Below are positions 25,301 to 38,200 of a DNA stretch of 64,000 bases, piece by piece. The stretch is taken from the NCBI GenBank assembly GCA_964016885.1, contig OZ024743.1, positions 138,508,001-138,572,000 of the forward strand, given 5' to 3'. The notes under the pieces are model-generated. The model saw only the letters and a program-made list of their open reading frames with translations. It was not told the DNA's origin and did no database searches. The translations under genes and the position numbers were made by a program. Position 1 is the first letter of the stretch. Every line of letters begins with the position of its first letter. The stretch comes from Eledone cirrhosa. Taxonomy: Eukaryota.

Positions 25301-28300
25301 GGTGCTTGGTTCTTGGTGTTTGGTGCTTGGTGCTTGGTGTTTGGTGCTTGGTGCTTGGTGTTTGGTGCTTGGTGTTTGGTGCTTGGTGTTTGGTGCTTGG
25401 TGCTTGGTGCTTGGTGTTTGGTGCTTGGTGTTTGGTGCTTGGTGTTAGGTGTTTGGTGCTTGGTGCTTGGTGTTTGGTGTTTGGTTCTTGGTGTTTGGTG
25501 TTTGGTGTTATATGCTTGGTGTTTGATGCTTGGTGCTTGGTGCTTAGTGTTTGGTGCTTGGTGTTTGATGCTTGGTGCTTGGTGCTTGGTGTTTGGTGCT
25601 TGGTGCTTGGTGTTTGTACTTGGTGCTTGGTGCTTGGTTCTTGGTGTTTGGTGCTTGGTGCTTGGTGTTTGGTGTTTGGTGCTTGGTGTTTGGTGCTTGG
25701 TGTTTGGTGCTTGGTGCTTGGTGTTTGGTGCTTGGTGCTGGGTGGTTGGTGTTTAGTGCTTGGTGTTTGGTGCATGGTGCTTGGTGTTTGGTGCTTGGTG
25801 TTTGGTGTTTGGTGCTTGGTGCTTGGTGTTTGGTGCTTGGTGTTTAGTGTTTGGTGCTTGGTGCTTAGTGTTTGGTGCTAGGTGCTTGGTGTTTGGTGCT
25901 TGGTGCTTGGTGTTTGGTGCCTGGTGCTTGGTGTTTGGTGTTTGGTGTTTGGTGCTTGGTGCTTGGTGTTTGGTGTTTGCTGTTTGCTGTTTGGTGTTTG
26001 GTGTTTGGTGTTTGTTGTTTGGTGTTAGCTGTTTGGTGTTTGGTGTTTGCTTTTTGGTGTTTGGTGTTTGCTGTATGTTGTTTGCTGTTTGGTGTTTGGT
26101 GTTTGGTGTTTGGTGCTTGTTGCTTGGTGTTTGGTGCTTGGTGCTTGGTGTTTGGTTCCTGGTGCTTGGTGCTTGGTGCTTGGTGTTTGGTGTTTGGTGC
26201 TTGGTGCTTGGAGTTTTGTGTTTGGTGCTTGGTGCTTGGTGTTTTGTGTTTCGTGTTTGGTTTTTGGTGCTTGGTGCTTGGTGCTTGGTCCTTGGTGTTT
26301 GGTGCTGGGTGCTTTGTGTTTGGTGCTTGGTGCTTGGTGCTTGGTGTTTGGTGTTTGCTGCTTGGTGTTTGATGCTTGGTGCTTGGTGTTTTGTGTTTGG
26401 TGCTTGGTGTTTGGTGCTTGGTGCTTGGTGTTTGTACTTGGTGCTTGGTGCTTGGCGTTTGGTTCTTGGTTCTTGGTGTTTGGTGTTTGGCGATTGGTGT
26501 TTGGTGCTTGGTGCTTGGTGTTTGGTGCCTGGTGCTTGGTGCTTGGTGCTTGGTGTTTCGTGTTTGGTGCTTGGTGCTTGGAGTTTGGTGTTTGGTGCTT
26601 GGTGCTTGGTGTTTTGTGTTTGGTGCTTGGTGTTTGATGCTTGGTGCTTGGTGCTTGGTGTTTTGTGTTTGGTGCTTGGTTCTTGGTGTTTGGTGCTTGG
26701 TGCTTGGTGCTTGGTGTTTGTACTTGGTGCTTGGTGCTTGGTGTTTGGTTCTTGGTTCTTGGTGTTTTGTACTTGGTGCTTGGTGCTTGGTGCTTGATGT
26801 TTGGTGTTTGGTGGTTGGTGTTTGGTGCTTGGTGCTTGGTGCTTGGTGTTAGGTGTTTGGTGCTTGGTCCTTGGTGTTTGGTGCTTGGTGTTTGGTGTTT
26901 GCTGTCTGCTTTTTGGTGTTTAGTGTTTGCTGTATGGTGTTTGGTGTTTGCTGTTTGGTGTTTGGTCTTTGGTGCTTGGTGTTTGGTGCTTGGTGCTTGG
27001 TGTTTGGTGTTTGGTGCTTGGTGCTTGGTGTTTGGTGTTATACGCTTGGTGTTTGATGCTTGGTGCTTTGTGCTTGGTGTTTGGTGTTTGGTGTTTGTAC
27101 TTGGTGCTTGGTGCTTGGTGCTTGGTGTTTGGTGCTTGGTGTTTGGTGCTTGGTGCTTGGTGCTTGGTGCTTGGTGCTTGGTGTTTGGTGGTTGGTGTTT
27201 GGTGCTTGGTGTTAGGTGTTTGGTGCTTGGTGCTTGGTGTTTGGTGTTTGGTGCTTGGTGTTTGGTGTTTGGTGCTTGGTGTTTGGTGCTTGGTACTTGG
27301 TGCTTGGTGCTTGGTGTTAGGTGTTTGGTGCTTGGTGTTTGGTGCTTGGTGTTTGGTGCTTGGTGCTTGGTGCTTGGTGCTTGGTGTTTGGTGGTTGGTG
27401 TTTAGTGCTTGGTGTTAGTTGTTTGGTGCTTGGTGCTTGGTGTTTGGTGTTTGGTGCTTGGTGTTTGGTGTTTGGTGCTTGGTGTTTGGTGCTTTTTGCT
27501 TGGTGCTTGGTGCTTGGTGTTTGGTGCTTGGTGCTTGGTGTTTGGTGCTGGGTGCTTGGTGTTTGGTGTTTGGTGTTATATGCTTGGTGTTTGATGCTTG
27601 GTGCTTGGTGCTTGGTGTTTGGTGTTTGGTGCTTGGTGTTTGATGCTTGGTGCTTGGTGCTTGGTGTTTGGTGCTTGGTGCTTGGTGTTTGGTGCTTGGT
27701 GCTTGGTGTTTGGTGCTTGGTGTTTGGTGCTTGATGTTTGGTGCTTGGTGCTTGGTGCTTGGTGCTTGGTGTTTGGTGGTTGGTGCTTGGTGCTTGGTGT
27801 TAGGTGTTTGGTGCTTGGTGCTTGGTGTTTGGTGTTTGGTGCTTGGTGTTTGGTGTTTGGTGCTTGCTGCTGGCTGCTTGGTGTTTGGTGCTTGGTGATT
27901 GGTGCTTGGTGTTTGGTGCTTGGTGTTTGGTGTTTGGTGCTAGGTGCTTGGTGTTTGGTGCTTGGTGCTTGGTGTTTGTACTTGGTGCTTGGTGCTTGGT
28001 TCTTGGTGTTTGGTGCTTGGTGCTTGGTGTTTGGTGCTTGGTGCTTGGTGTTTGGTGCTTGGTGATTGGTGCTTGGTGTTTGGTGCTTGGTTCTTGGTGC
28101 TTGGTGTTTGGTGCTTGGTGTTTGGTGCTTGGTGTTAGGTGTTTGGTGCTTGGTGTTTGGTGCTTGGTACTTGGTGCTTGGTGCTTTGTGTTAGGTGTTT
28201 GCTGTTTGCTGTTTGGTGCTTGGTGCTTGGTGTTTGGTGTTTGCTGTTTGCTGTTTGGTGTTTGGTGTTTGGTGTTTGTTGTTTGGTGTTTGCTGTTTGG

Positions 28301-31300
28301 TGTTTGGTGTTTGCTTTTTGGTGTTTGGTGTTTGCTGTATGTTGTTTGCTATTTGGTGTTTGGTGTTTGGTGTTTGGTGCTTGTTGCTTGGTGTTTGGTG
28401 CTTGGTGCTTGGTGTTTGGTTCTTGGTGCTTGGTGCTTGGTGTTTGGTGTTTGGTGCTTGGTGCTTGGAGTTTAGTGTTTGGTGCTTGGTGCTTGGTGTT
28501 TTGTGTTTCGTGTTTGGTTTTTGGTGCTTGGTGCTTGGTGCTTGGTCGTTGGTGTTTGGTGCTGGGTGCTTTGTCTTTGGTGCTTGGTGCTTGGTGCTTG
28601 GTGTTTGGTGTTTGCTGCTTGGTGTTTGATGCTTGGTGCTTGGTGCTTGGTGTTTTGTGTTTGGTGCTTGGTGTTTGGTGCTTGGTGCTTGGTGTTTGTA
28701 CTTGGTGCTTGGTGCTTGGTGTTTGGTTCTTGGTTCTTGGTGTTTGGTGTTTGGCGATTGGTGTTTGGTGCTTGGTGCTTGGTGTTTGGTGCCTGGTGCT
28801 TGGTGCTTGGTGCTTGGTGTTTGGTGTTTGGTGCTTGGTGATTGGAGTTTGGTGTTTGGTGCTTGGTGCTTGGTGTTTTGTGTTTGGTGCTTGGTGTTTG
28901 ATGCTTGGTGCTTGGTGCTTGGTGTTTTGTGTTTGGTGCTTGGTTCTTGGTGTTTGGTGCTTGGTGCTTGGTGCTTGGTGTTTGTACTTGGTGCTTGGTA
29001 CTTGGTATTTGGTTCTTGGTTCTTGGTGTTTGGTACTTGGTGCTTGGTGCTTGGTGCTTGATGTTTGGTGTTTGGTGGTTGGTGTTTGGTGCTTGGTGCT
29101 TGGTGCTTGGTGTTAGGTGTTTGGTGCTTGGTCCTTGGTGTTTGGTGCTTGGTGTTTGGTGTTTGCTGTCTGCTTTTTGGTGTTTAGTGTTTGCTGTATG
29201 GTGTTTGGTGTTTGCTGTTTGGTGTTTGTTCTTTGGTGCTTGATGTTTGGTGCTTGGTGCTTGGTGTTTGGTGTTTGGTGCTTGGTGCTTGGTGTTTGGT
29301 GTTATATGCTTGGTGTTTGATGCTTGGTGCTTGGTGCTTGGTGTTTGGTGTTTGGTGTTTGTACTTGGTGCTTGGTGCTTGGTGCTGGGTGTTTGGTGCT
29401 TGGTGTTTGGTGCTTGGTGCTTGGTGCTTGGTGCTTGGTGCTTGGTGTTTGGTGGTTGGTGTTTGGTGCTTGGTGTTAGGTGTTTGGTGATTGGTGCTTG
29501 GTGTTTGGTGTTTGGTGTTTGGTGTTATATGCTTGGTGTTTGATGCTTGGTGCTTGGTGCTTGGTGTTTGGTGTTTGGTGCTTGGTGTTTGATGCTTGGT
29601 GCTTGGTGCTTGGTGTTTGGTGCTTGGTGCTTGGTGTTTGGTGCTTGGTGCTTGGTGTTTGGTGCTTGGTGTTTGGTGCTTGGTGTTTGGTGCTTGGTCC
29701 TTGGTGCTTGGTGCTTGGTGTTTGGTGGTTGGTGCTTGGTGCTTGGTGTTAGGTGTTTGGTGCTTGGTGCTTGGTGTTTGGTGTTTGGTGCTTGGTGTTT
29801 GGTGTTTGGTGCTTGGTGTTTGGTGCTTGGTACTTGGTGCTTGGTGCTTGGTGTTAGGTGTTTGGTGCTTGGTGTTTGGTGTCTGGTTTTAGGTGCTTGG
29901 TGCTTGGTGTTTGGTGCTTGCTGCTGGCTGCTTGGTGTTTGGTGCTTGGTGATTGGTGCCTGTTGTTTGGTGCTTGGTGTTTGGTGTTTGGTGCTAGGTG
30001 CTTGGTGTTTGGTGCTTGGTGCTTGGTGTTTGTACTTGGTGCTTGGTGCTTGGTTCTTGGTGTTTGGTGCTTGGTGCTTGGTGTTTGGTGCTTGGTGCTT
30101 GGTGTTTGGTGCTTGGTGTTTGGTGCTTGGTGTTTGGTGTTTGGTGATTGGTGCTTGGTGTTTGGTGCTTGGTGTTTGGTGCTTGGTGTTAGGTGTTTGG
30201 TGCTTGGTGCTTGGTGTTTGGTGCTTGGTGTTTGATGCTTGGTGCTTTGTGCTTGGTGTTTGGTGCTTGGTGCTTGGTGTTTGTACTTGGTGCTTGGTGC
30301 TTGGTTCATGGTGTTTGGTGCTTGGTGCTTGGTGTTTGGTGTTTGGTGCTTGGTGTTTGGTGCTTGGTGTTTGGTGCTTGGTGCTTGGTGTTTGGTGCTT
30401 GGTGCTGGGTGGTTGGTGTTTAGTGCTTGGTGTTTGGTGCTGGGTGCTTGGTGTTTGGTGCTTGGTGTTTGGTGTTTGGTGCTTGGTGCTTGGTGTTTGG
30501 TGCTTGGTGTTTAGTGTTTGGTGCTTGGTGCTTAGTGTTTGGTGCTAGGTGCTTGGTGTTTGGTGCTTGGTGCTTGGTGTTTGGTGCCTGGTGCTTGGTG
30601 TTTGGTGTTTGGTGTTTGGTGCTTGGTGCTTGGTGTTTGGTGTTTGCTGTTTGCTGTTTGGTGTTTGGTGTTTGGTGTTTGTTGTTTGGTGTTTGCTGTT
30701 TGGTGTTTGGTGTTTGCTTTTTGGTGTTTGGTGTTTGCTGTATGTTGTTTGCTGTTTGGTGTTTGGTGTTTGGTGTTTGGTGCTTGTTGCTTGGTGTTTG
30801 GTGCTTGGTGCTTGGTGTTTGGTTCCTGGTGCTTGGTGCTTGGTGCTTGGTGTTTGGTGTTTGGTGCTTGGTGCTTGGAGTTTTGTGTTTGGTGCTTGGT
30901 GCTTGGTGTTTTGTGTTTCGTGTTTGGTTTTTGGTGCTTGGTGCTTGGTGCTTGGTCCTTGGTGTTTGGTGCTGGGTGCTTTGTGTTTGGTGCTTGGTGC
31001 TTGGTGCTTGGTGTTTGGTGTTTGGTGTTTGATGCTTGGTGTTTGGTGCTTGGTGTTTTGTGTTTGGTGCTTGGTGTTTGGTGCTTGGTGTTTGTACTTG
31101 GTGCTTGGTGCTTGGTGTTTGGTTCTTGGTTCTTGGTGTTTGGTGTTTGGCGATTGGTGTTTGGTGCTTGGTGCTTGGTGTTTGGTCTTTGGTGCTTGGT
31201 GTTTGGTGCTTGGTGCTTGGTGTTTGGTGTTTGGTGCTTGGTGCTTGGTGTTTGGTGTTATATGCTTGGTGTTTGATGCTTGGTGCTTGGTGCTTGGTGT

Positions 31301-34300
31301 TTGGTGTTTGGTGTTTGTACTTGGTGCTTGTTGCTTGGTGCTTGGTGTTTGGTGCTTGGTGTTTGGTGCTTGGTGCTTGGTGCTTCGTGCTTGGTGCTTG
31401 GTGTTTGGTGGTTGGTGTTTGGTGCTTGGTGTTAGGTGTTTGGTGCTTGGTGCTTGGTGTTTGGTGTTTGGTGCTTGGTGTTTGGTGTTTGGTGCTTGGT
31501 GTTTGGTGCTTGGTACTTGGTGCTTGGTGCTTGGTGTTAGGTGTTTGGTGCTTGGTGTTTGGTGCTTGGTGTTTGGTGCTTCGTGCTTGGTGCTTGGTGC
31601 TTGGTGTTTGGTGGTTGGTGTTTGGTGCTTGGTGTTAGGTGTTTGGTGCTTGGTGCTTGGTGTTTGGTGTTTGGTGCTTGGTGTTTGGTGTTTGGTGCTT
31701 GGTGTTTGCTGCTTTTTGCTTGGTGCTTGGTGTTTGGTGTTTGGTGCTTGGTGTTTGGTGTTTGGAGCTTGGTGTTTGGTGCTTTTTGCTTGGTGCTTGG
31801 TGCTTGGTGTTTGGTGCTTGGTGCTTGGTGTTTGGTGCTGGGTGCTTGGTGTTTGGTGTTTGGTGTTATATGCTTGGTGTTTGATGCTTGGTGCTTGGTG
31901 CTTGGTGTTTGGTGTTTGGTGCTTGGTGTTTGATGCTTGGTGCTTGGTGCTTGGTGTTTGGTGCTTGGTGCTTGGTGTTTGGTGCTTGGTGCTTGGTGTT
32001 TGGTGCTAGGTGTTTGGTGCTTGGTGTTTGGTGCTTGGTGCTTGGTGCTTGGTGCTTGGTGTTTGGTGGTTGGTGCTTGGTGCTTGGTGTTTGGTGTTTG
32101 GTGCTTGGTGTTTGGTGCTTGGTACTTGGTGCTTGGTGCTTGGTGTTAGTTGTTTGGTGCTTGGTGTTTGGTGTCTGGTTTTTGGTGCTTGGTGCTTGGT
32201 GTTTGGTGCTTGCTGCTGGCTGCTTGGTGTTTGGTGCTTGGTGATTGGTGCCTGGTGTTTGGTGCTTTGTGTTTGGTGTTTGGTGCTAGGTGCTTGGTGT
32301 TTGGTGCTTGGTGCTTGGTGTTTGTACTTGGTGCTTGGTGCTTGGTTCTTGGTGTTTGGTGCTTGGTGCTTGGTGTTTGGTGCTTGGTGCTTGGTGTTTG
32401 GTGCTTGGTGTTTGGTGCTTGGTGTTTGGTGCTTGGTGCTTGGTGCTTGGTGTTTGGTGCTTGGTGTTTGGTGCTTGGTGTTAGGTGTTTGGTGCTTGGT
32501 GCTTGGTGTTTGGTGTTTGGTTCTTGGTGTTTGGTGTTTGGTGTTATATGCTTGGTGTTTGATGCTTGGTGCTTGGTGCTTAGTGTTTGGTGCTTGGTGT
32601 TTGATGCTTGGTGCTTGGTGCTTGGTGTTTGGTGCTTGGTGCTTGGTGTTTGTACTTGGTGCTTGGTGCTTGGTTCTTGGTGTTTGGTGCTTGGTGCTTG
32701 GTGTTTGGTGTTTGGTGCTTGGTGTTTGGTGCTTGGTGTTTGGTGCTTGGTGCTTGGTGTTTGGTGCTTGGTGCTGGGTGGTTGGTGTTTAGTGCTTGGT
32801 GTTTGGTGCTTGGTGCTTGGTGTTTGGTGCTTGGTGTTTGGTGTTTGGTGCTTGGTGCTTGGTGTTTGGTGCTTGGTGTTTAGTGTTTGGTGCTTGGTGC
32901 TTAGTGTTTGGTGCTAGGTGCTTGGTGTTTGGTGCTTGGTGCTTGGTGTTTGGTGCCTGGTGCTTGGTGTTTGGTGTTTGGTGTTTGGTGCTTGGTGCTT
33001 GGTGTTTGGTGTTTGCTGTTTGCTGTTTGGTGTTTGGTGTTTGGTGTTTGTTGTTTGGTGTTAGCTGTTTGGTGTTTGGTGTTTGCTTTTTGGTGTTTGG
33101 TAGTTGCTGTATGTTGTTTGCTGTTTGGTGTTTGGTGTTTGGTGTTTGGTGCTTGTTGCTTGGTGTTTGGTGCTTGGTGCTTGGTGTTTGGTTCCTGGTG
33201 CTTGGTGCTTGGTGCTTGGTGTTTGGTGTTTGGTGCTTGGTGCTTGGAGTTTTGTGTTTGGTGCTTGGTGCTTGGTGTTTTGTGTTTCGTGTTTGGTTTT
33301 TGGTGCTTGGTGCTTGGTGCTTGGTCCTTGGTGTTTGGTGCTGGGTGCTTTGTGTTTGGTGCTTGGTGCTTGGTGCTTGGTGTTTGGTGTTTGCTGCTTG
33401 GTGTTTGATGCTTGGTGCTTGGTGTTTTGTGTTTGGTGCTTGGTGTTTGGTGCTTGGTGCTTGGTGTTTGTACTTGGTGCTTGGTGCTTGGTGTTTGGTT
33501 CTTGGTTCTTGGTGTTTGGTGTTTGGCGATTGGTGTTTGGTGCTTGGTGCTTGGTGTTTGGTGCCTGGTGCTTGGTGCTTGGTGCTTGGTGTTTCGTGTT
33601 TGGTGCTTGGTGCTTGGAGTTTGGTGTTTGGTGCTTGGTGCTTGGTGTTTTGTGTTTGGTGCTTGGTGTTTGATGCTTGGTGCTTGGTGCTTGGTGTTTT
33701 GTGTTTGGTGCTTGGTTCTTGGTGTTTGGTGCTTGGTGCTTGGTGCTTGGTGTTTGTACTTGGTGCTTGGTGCTTGGTGTTTGGTTCTTGGTTCTTGGTG
33801 TTTTGTACTTGGTGCTTGGTGCTTGGTGCTTGATGTTTGGTGTTTGGTGGTTGGTGTTTGGTGCTTGGTGCTTGGTGCTTGGTGTTAGGTGTTTGGTGCT
33901 TGGTCCTTGGTGTTTGGTGCTTGGTGTTTGGTGTTTGCTGTCTGCTTTTTGGTGTTTAGTGTTTGCTGTATGGTGTTTGGTGTTTGCTGTTTGGTGTTTG
34001 GTCTTTGGTGCTTGGTGTTTGGTGCTTGGTGCTTGGTGTTTGGTGTTTGGTGCTTGGTGCTTGGTGTTTGGTGTTATACGCTTGGTGTTTGATGCTTGGT
34101 GCTTTGTGCTTGGTGTTTGGTGTTTGGTGTTTGTACTTGGTGCTTGGTGCTTGGTGCTTGGTGTTTGGTGCTTGGTGTTTGGTGCTTGGTGCTTGGTGCT
34201 TGGTGCTTGGTGCTTGGTGTTTGGTGGTTGGTGTTTGGTGCTTGGTGTTAGGTGTTTGGTGCTTGGTGCTTGGTGTTTGGTGTTTGGTGCTTGGTGTTTG

Positions 34301-35200
34301 GTGTTTGGTGCTTGGTGTTTGGTGCTTGGTACTTGGTGCTTGGTGCTTGGTGTTAGGTGTTTGGTGCTTGGTGTTTGGTGCTTGGTGTTTGGTGCTTGGT
34401 GCTTGGTGCTTGGTGCTTGGTGTTTGGTGGTTGGTGTTTAGTGCTTGGTGTTAGTTGTTTGGTGCTTGGTGCTTGGTGTTTGGTGTTTGGTGCTTGGTGT
34501 TTGGTGTTTGGTGCTTGGTGTTTGGTGCTTTTTGCTTGGTGCTTGGTGCTTGGTGTTTGGTGCTTGGTGCTTGGTGTTTGGTGCTGGGTGCTTGGTGTTT
34601 GGTGTTTGGTGTTATATGCTTGGTGTTTGATGCTTGGTGCTTGGTGCTTGGTGTTTGGTGTTTGGTGCTTGGTGTTTGATGCTTGGTGCTTGGTGCTTGG
34701 TGTTTGGTGCTTGGTGCTTGGTGTTTGGTGCTTGGTGCTTGGTGTTTGGTGCTTGGTGTTTGGTGCTTGATGTTTGGTGCTTGGTGCTTGGTGCTTGGTG
34801 CTTGGTGTTTGGTGGTTGGTGCTTGGTGCTTGGTGTTAGGTGTTTGGTGCTTGGTGCTTGGTGTTTGGTGTTTGGTGCTTGGTGTTTGGTGTTTGGTGCT
34901 TGCTGCTGGCTGCTTGGTGTTTGGTGCTTGGTGATTGGTGCTTGGTGTTTGGTGCTTGGTGTTTGGTGTTTGGTGCTAGGTGCTTGGTGTTTGGTGCTTG
35001 GTGCTTGGTGTTTGTACTTGGTGCTTGGTGCTTGGTTCTTGGTGCTTGGTGCTTGGTGCTTGGTGTTTGGTGCTTGGTGCTTGGTGTTTGGTGCTTGGTG
35101 TTTGGTGCTTGGTGTTTGGTGCTTGGTTCTTGGTGCTTGGTGTTTGGTGCTTGGTGTTTGGTGCTTGGTGTTAGGTGTTTGGTGCTTGGTGTTTGGTGCT
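10860..35200. repeat. Higher-order repeat domain: ~2.3-2.4 kb monomers of subtypes A/B/C forming a ~7.04 kb trimer
   Basis: The marker GCTGTATGTTG recurs (A position) at 11266, 13599, 15988, 18252, 20641, 22177, 24539, 26075, 28339, 30742 and 33111. Subtype markers give the order A B C A B C B C A B C. Matching ORFs recur at offset 7042 (12104/19146, 13396/20438) and 7036 (25760/32796, 27804/34840). Confidence 0.85.
20020..27847. repeat. Near-identical tandem duplication, period 3898 bp (truncated B + C monomers)
   Basis: Private markers sit at an exact 3898 offset: GGTATTT (A 20052/23950), TTCATGG (A 20207/24105), TTGGCGT (C 22558/26456). More than 15 ORF pairs share the offset (20092/23990 through 23700/27598). 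Confidence 0.92.
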
Positions 35201-35229
35201 TGGTACTTGGTGCTTGGTGCTTTGTGTTA

Positions 35230-38200
35230 GGTGTTTGGTGCTTGGTGTTTGGTGTCTGGTTTTTGGTGCTTGGTGCTTGGTGTTTGGTGCTTCCTGCTGG
35301 CTGCTTGGTGTTTGGTGCTTGGTGATTGGTGCTTGGTGTTTGGTGCTTGGTGTTTGGTGTTTGGTGCTAGATGCTTGGTGTTTGGTGCTTGGTGCTTGGT
35401 GTTTGTACTTGGTGCTTGGTGCTTGGTTCTTGGTGTTTGGTGCTTGGTGCTTGGTGTTTGGTGCTTGGTGCTTGGTGTTTGGTGCTTGGTGTTTGGTGCT
35501 TGGTGCTTGGTGCTTGGTGTTTGTACTTGGTGCTTGGTGCTTGGTGTTTGGTTCTTGGTTCTTGGTGTTTGGTACTTGGTGCTTGGTGCTTGGTGCTTGA
35601 TGTTTGGTGTTTGGTGGTTGGTGTTTGGTGCTTGGTGCTTGGTGCTTGGTGTTAGGTGTTTGGTGCTTGGTCCTTGGTGTTTGGTTTTTGGTGTTTGGTG
35701 TTTGCTGTCTGCTTTTTGGTGTTTAGTGTTTGCTGTATGGTGTTTGGTGTTTGCTGTTTGGTGTTTGGTCTTTGGTGCTTGGTGTTTGGTGCTTGGTGCT
35801 TGGTGTTTGGTGTTTGGTGCTTGGTGCTTGGTGTTTGGTGTTATATGCTTGGTGTTTGATGCTTGGTGCTTGGTGCTTGGTGTTTGGTGTTTGGTGTTTG
35901 TACTTGGTGCTTGGTGCTTGGTGCTTGGTGTTTGGTGCTTGGTGTTTGGTGCTTGGTGCTTGGTGCTTGGTGCTTGGTGCTTGGTGTTTGGTGGTTGGTG
36001 TTTGGTGCTTGGTGTTAGGTGTTTGGTGCTTGGTGCTTGGTGTTTGGTGTTTGGTGCTTGGTGTTTGGTGTTTGATGCTTGGTGCTTGGTGCTTGGTGTT
36101 TGGTCTTTGGTGCTTGGTGTTTGTACTTGGTGCTTGGTGCTTGGTGCTTGGTGTTTGGTGCTTGGTGTTTGGTGCTTGGTGCTTGGTGCTTGGTGCTTGG
36201 TGTTTGGTGGTTGGTGTTTGGTGCTTGGTGTTAGGTGTTTGGTGCTTGGTGTTAGGTGTTTGGTGCTTGGTGCTTGGTGCTTGGTGTTTGGTGCTTGGTG
36301 TTTGGTGCTTGGTGCTTGGTGCTTGGTGCTTGGTGCTTGGTGTTTGGTGGTTGGTGTTTGGTGCTTGGTGTTAGGTGTTTGGTGCTTGATGCTTGGTGTT
36401 TGGTGCTTTTTGCTTGGTGCTTGGTGCTTGGTGTTTGGTGCTTGATGCTTGGTGTTTGGTGCTGGGTGCTTGGTGCTTGGTGTTTGGTGTTTGGTGATTG
36501 GTGCTTGGTGTTTGGTGTTTGGTGTTTGGTGTTATATGCTTGGTGTTTGATGCTTGGTGCTTGGTGCTTGGTGTTTGGTACTTGGTGATTGATGCTTGGT
36601 GCTTGGTGCTTGGTGTTTGGTGCTTGGTGCTTGGTGTTTGGTGCTTGGTGCTTGGTGTTTGGTGCTTGGTGTTTGGTGCTTGGTGTTTGGTGCTTGGTGC
36701 TTGGTGTTTGGTGCTTGGTGCTTGGTGTTTGGTACTTGGTGATTGATGCTTGGTGCTTGGTGCTTGGTGTTTGGTGCTTGGTGCTTGGTGCTTGGTGCTT
36801 GGTGTTTGGTGGTTGGTGCTTGGTGCTTGGTGTTAGGTGTTTGGTGCTTGGTGCTTGGTGTTTGGTGTTTGGTGCTTGGTGTTTGGTGTTTGGTGCTTGG
36901 TGTTTGGTGCTTGGTACTTGGTGCTTGGTGCTTGGTGTTAGGTGTTTGGTGCTTGGTGCTTGGTGTCTGGTGTTTGGTGCTTGGTGCTTGGTGTCTGGTT
37001 TTTGGTGCTTGGTGCTTGGTGCTTGGTGTTTGGTGCTTGGTGATTGGTGCTTGGTGTTTGGTGCTTGGTGTTTGGTGTTTGGTGCTAGGTGCTTGGTGTT
37101 TGGTGCTTGGTGCTTGGTGTTTGTACTTGGTGCTTGGTGCTTGGTTCTTGGTGTTTGGTGCTTGGTGCTTGGTGTTTGGTGCTTGGTGCTTGGTTTTTGG
37201 TGCTTGGTGATTGGTGCTTGGTGTTTGGTGCTTGGTGCTTGGTGCTTGGTGTTTGGTGCTTGGTGTTTGGTGCTTGGTGTTAGGTCTTTGGTGCTTGGTG
37301 TTTGGTGTTATATGCTTGGTGTTTGATGCTTGGTGCTTGGTGCTTGGTGTTTGGTGCTTGGTGCTTGATGCTTGGTGCTTGGTTCTTGGTGTTTGGTGCT
37401 TGGTCCTTGGTGTTTGGTGCTTGGTGTTTGGTGTTTGCTGTCTGCTTTTTGGTGTTTAGTGTTTGCTGTATGGTGTTTGGTGTTTGCTGTTTGGTGTTTG
37501 GTCTTTGGTGCTTGGTGTTTGGTGCTTGGTGCTTGGTGTTTGGTGTTTGGTGCTTGGTGCTTGGTGTTTGGTGTTATATGCTTGGTGTTTGATGCTTGGT
37601 GCTTGGTGCTTGGTGTTTGGTGTTTGGTGTTTGTACTTGGTGCTTGGTGCTTGGTGCTTGGTGTTTGGTGCTTGGTGTTTGGTGCTTGGTGCTTGGTGCT
37701 TGGTGCTTGGTGCTTGGTGCTTGGTGTTTGGTGGTTGGTGTTTGGTGCTTGGTGTTAGGTGTTTGGTGCTTGGTGCTTGGTGTTTGGTGTTTGGTGCTTG
37801 GTGTTTGGTGTTTGGTGCTTGGTGTTTGGTGCTTGGTACTTGGTGCTTGGTGCTTGGTGTTAGGTGTTTGGTGCTTGGTGCTTGGTGTTTGGTGTTTGGT
37901 GCTTGGTGTTTGGTGTTTGATGCTTGGTGCTTGGTGCTTTGTGTTTGGTCTTTGGTGCTTGGTGTTTGTACTTGGTGCTTGGTGCTTGGTGCTTGGTGTT
38001 TGGTGCTTGGTGTTTGGTGCTTGGTGCTTGGTGCTTGGTGCTTGGTGTTTGGTGGTTGGTGTTTGGTGCTTGGTGTTAGGTGTTTGGTGCTTGGTGTTTG
38101 GTGTTTGGTGCTTGGTGTTTGGTGCTTGGTACTTGGTGCTTGGTGCTTGGTGTTAGGTGTTTGGTGCTTGGTGCTTGGTGCTTGGTGCTTGGTGTTAGGT

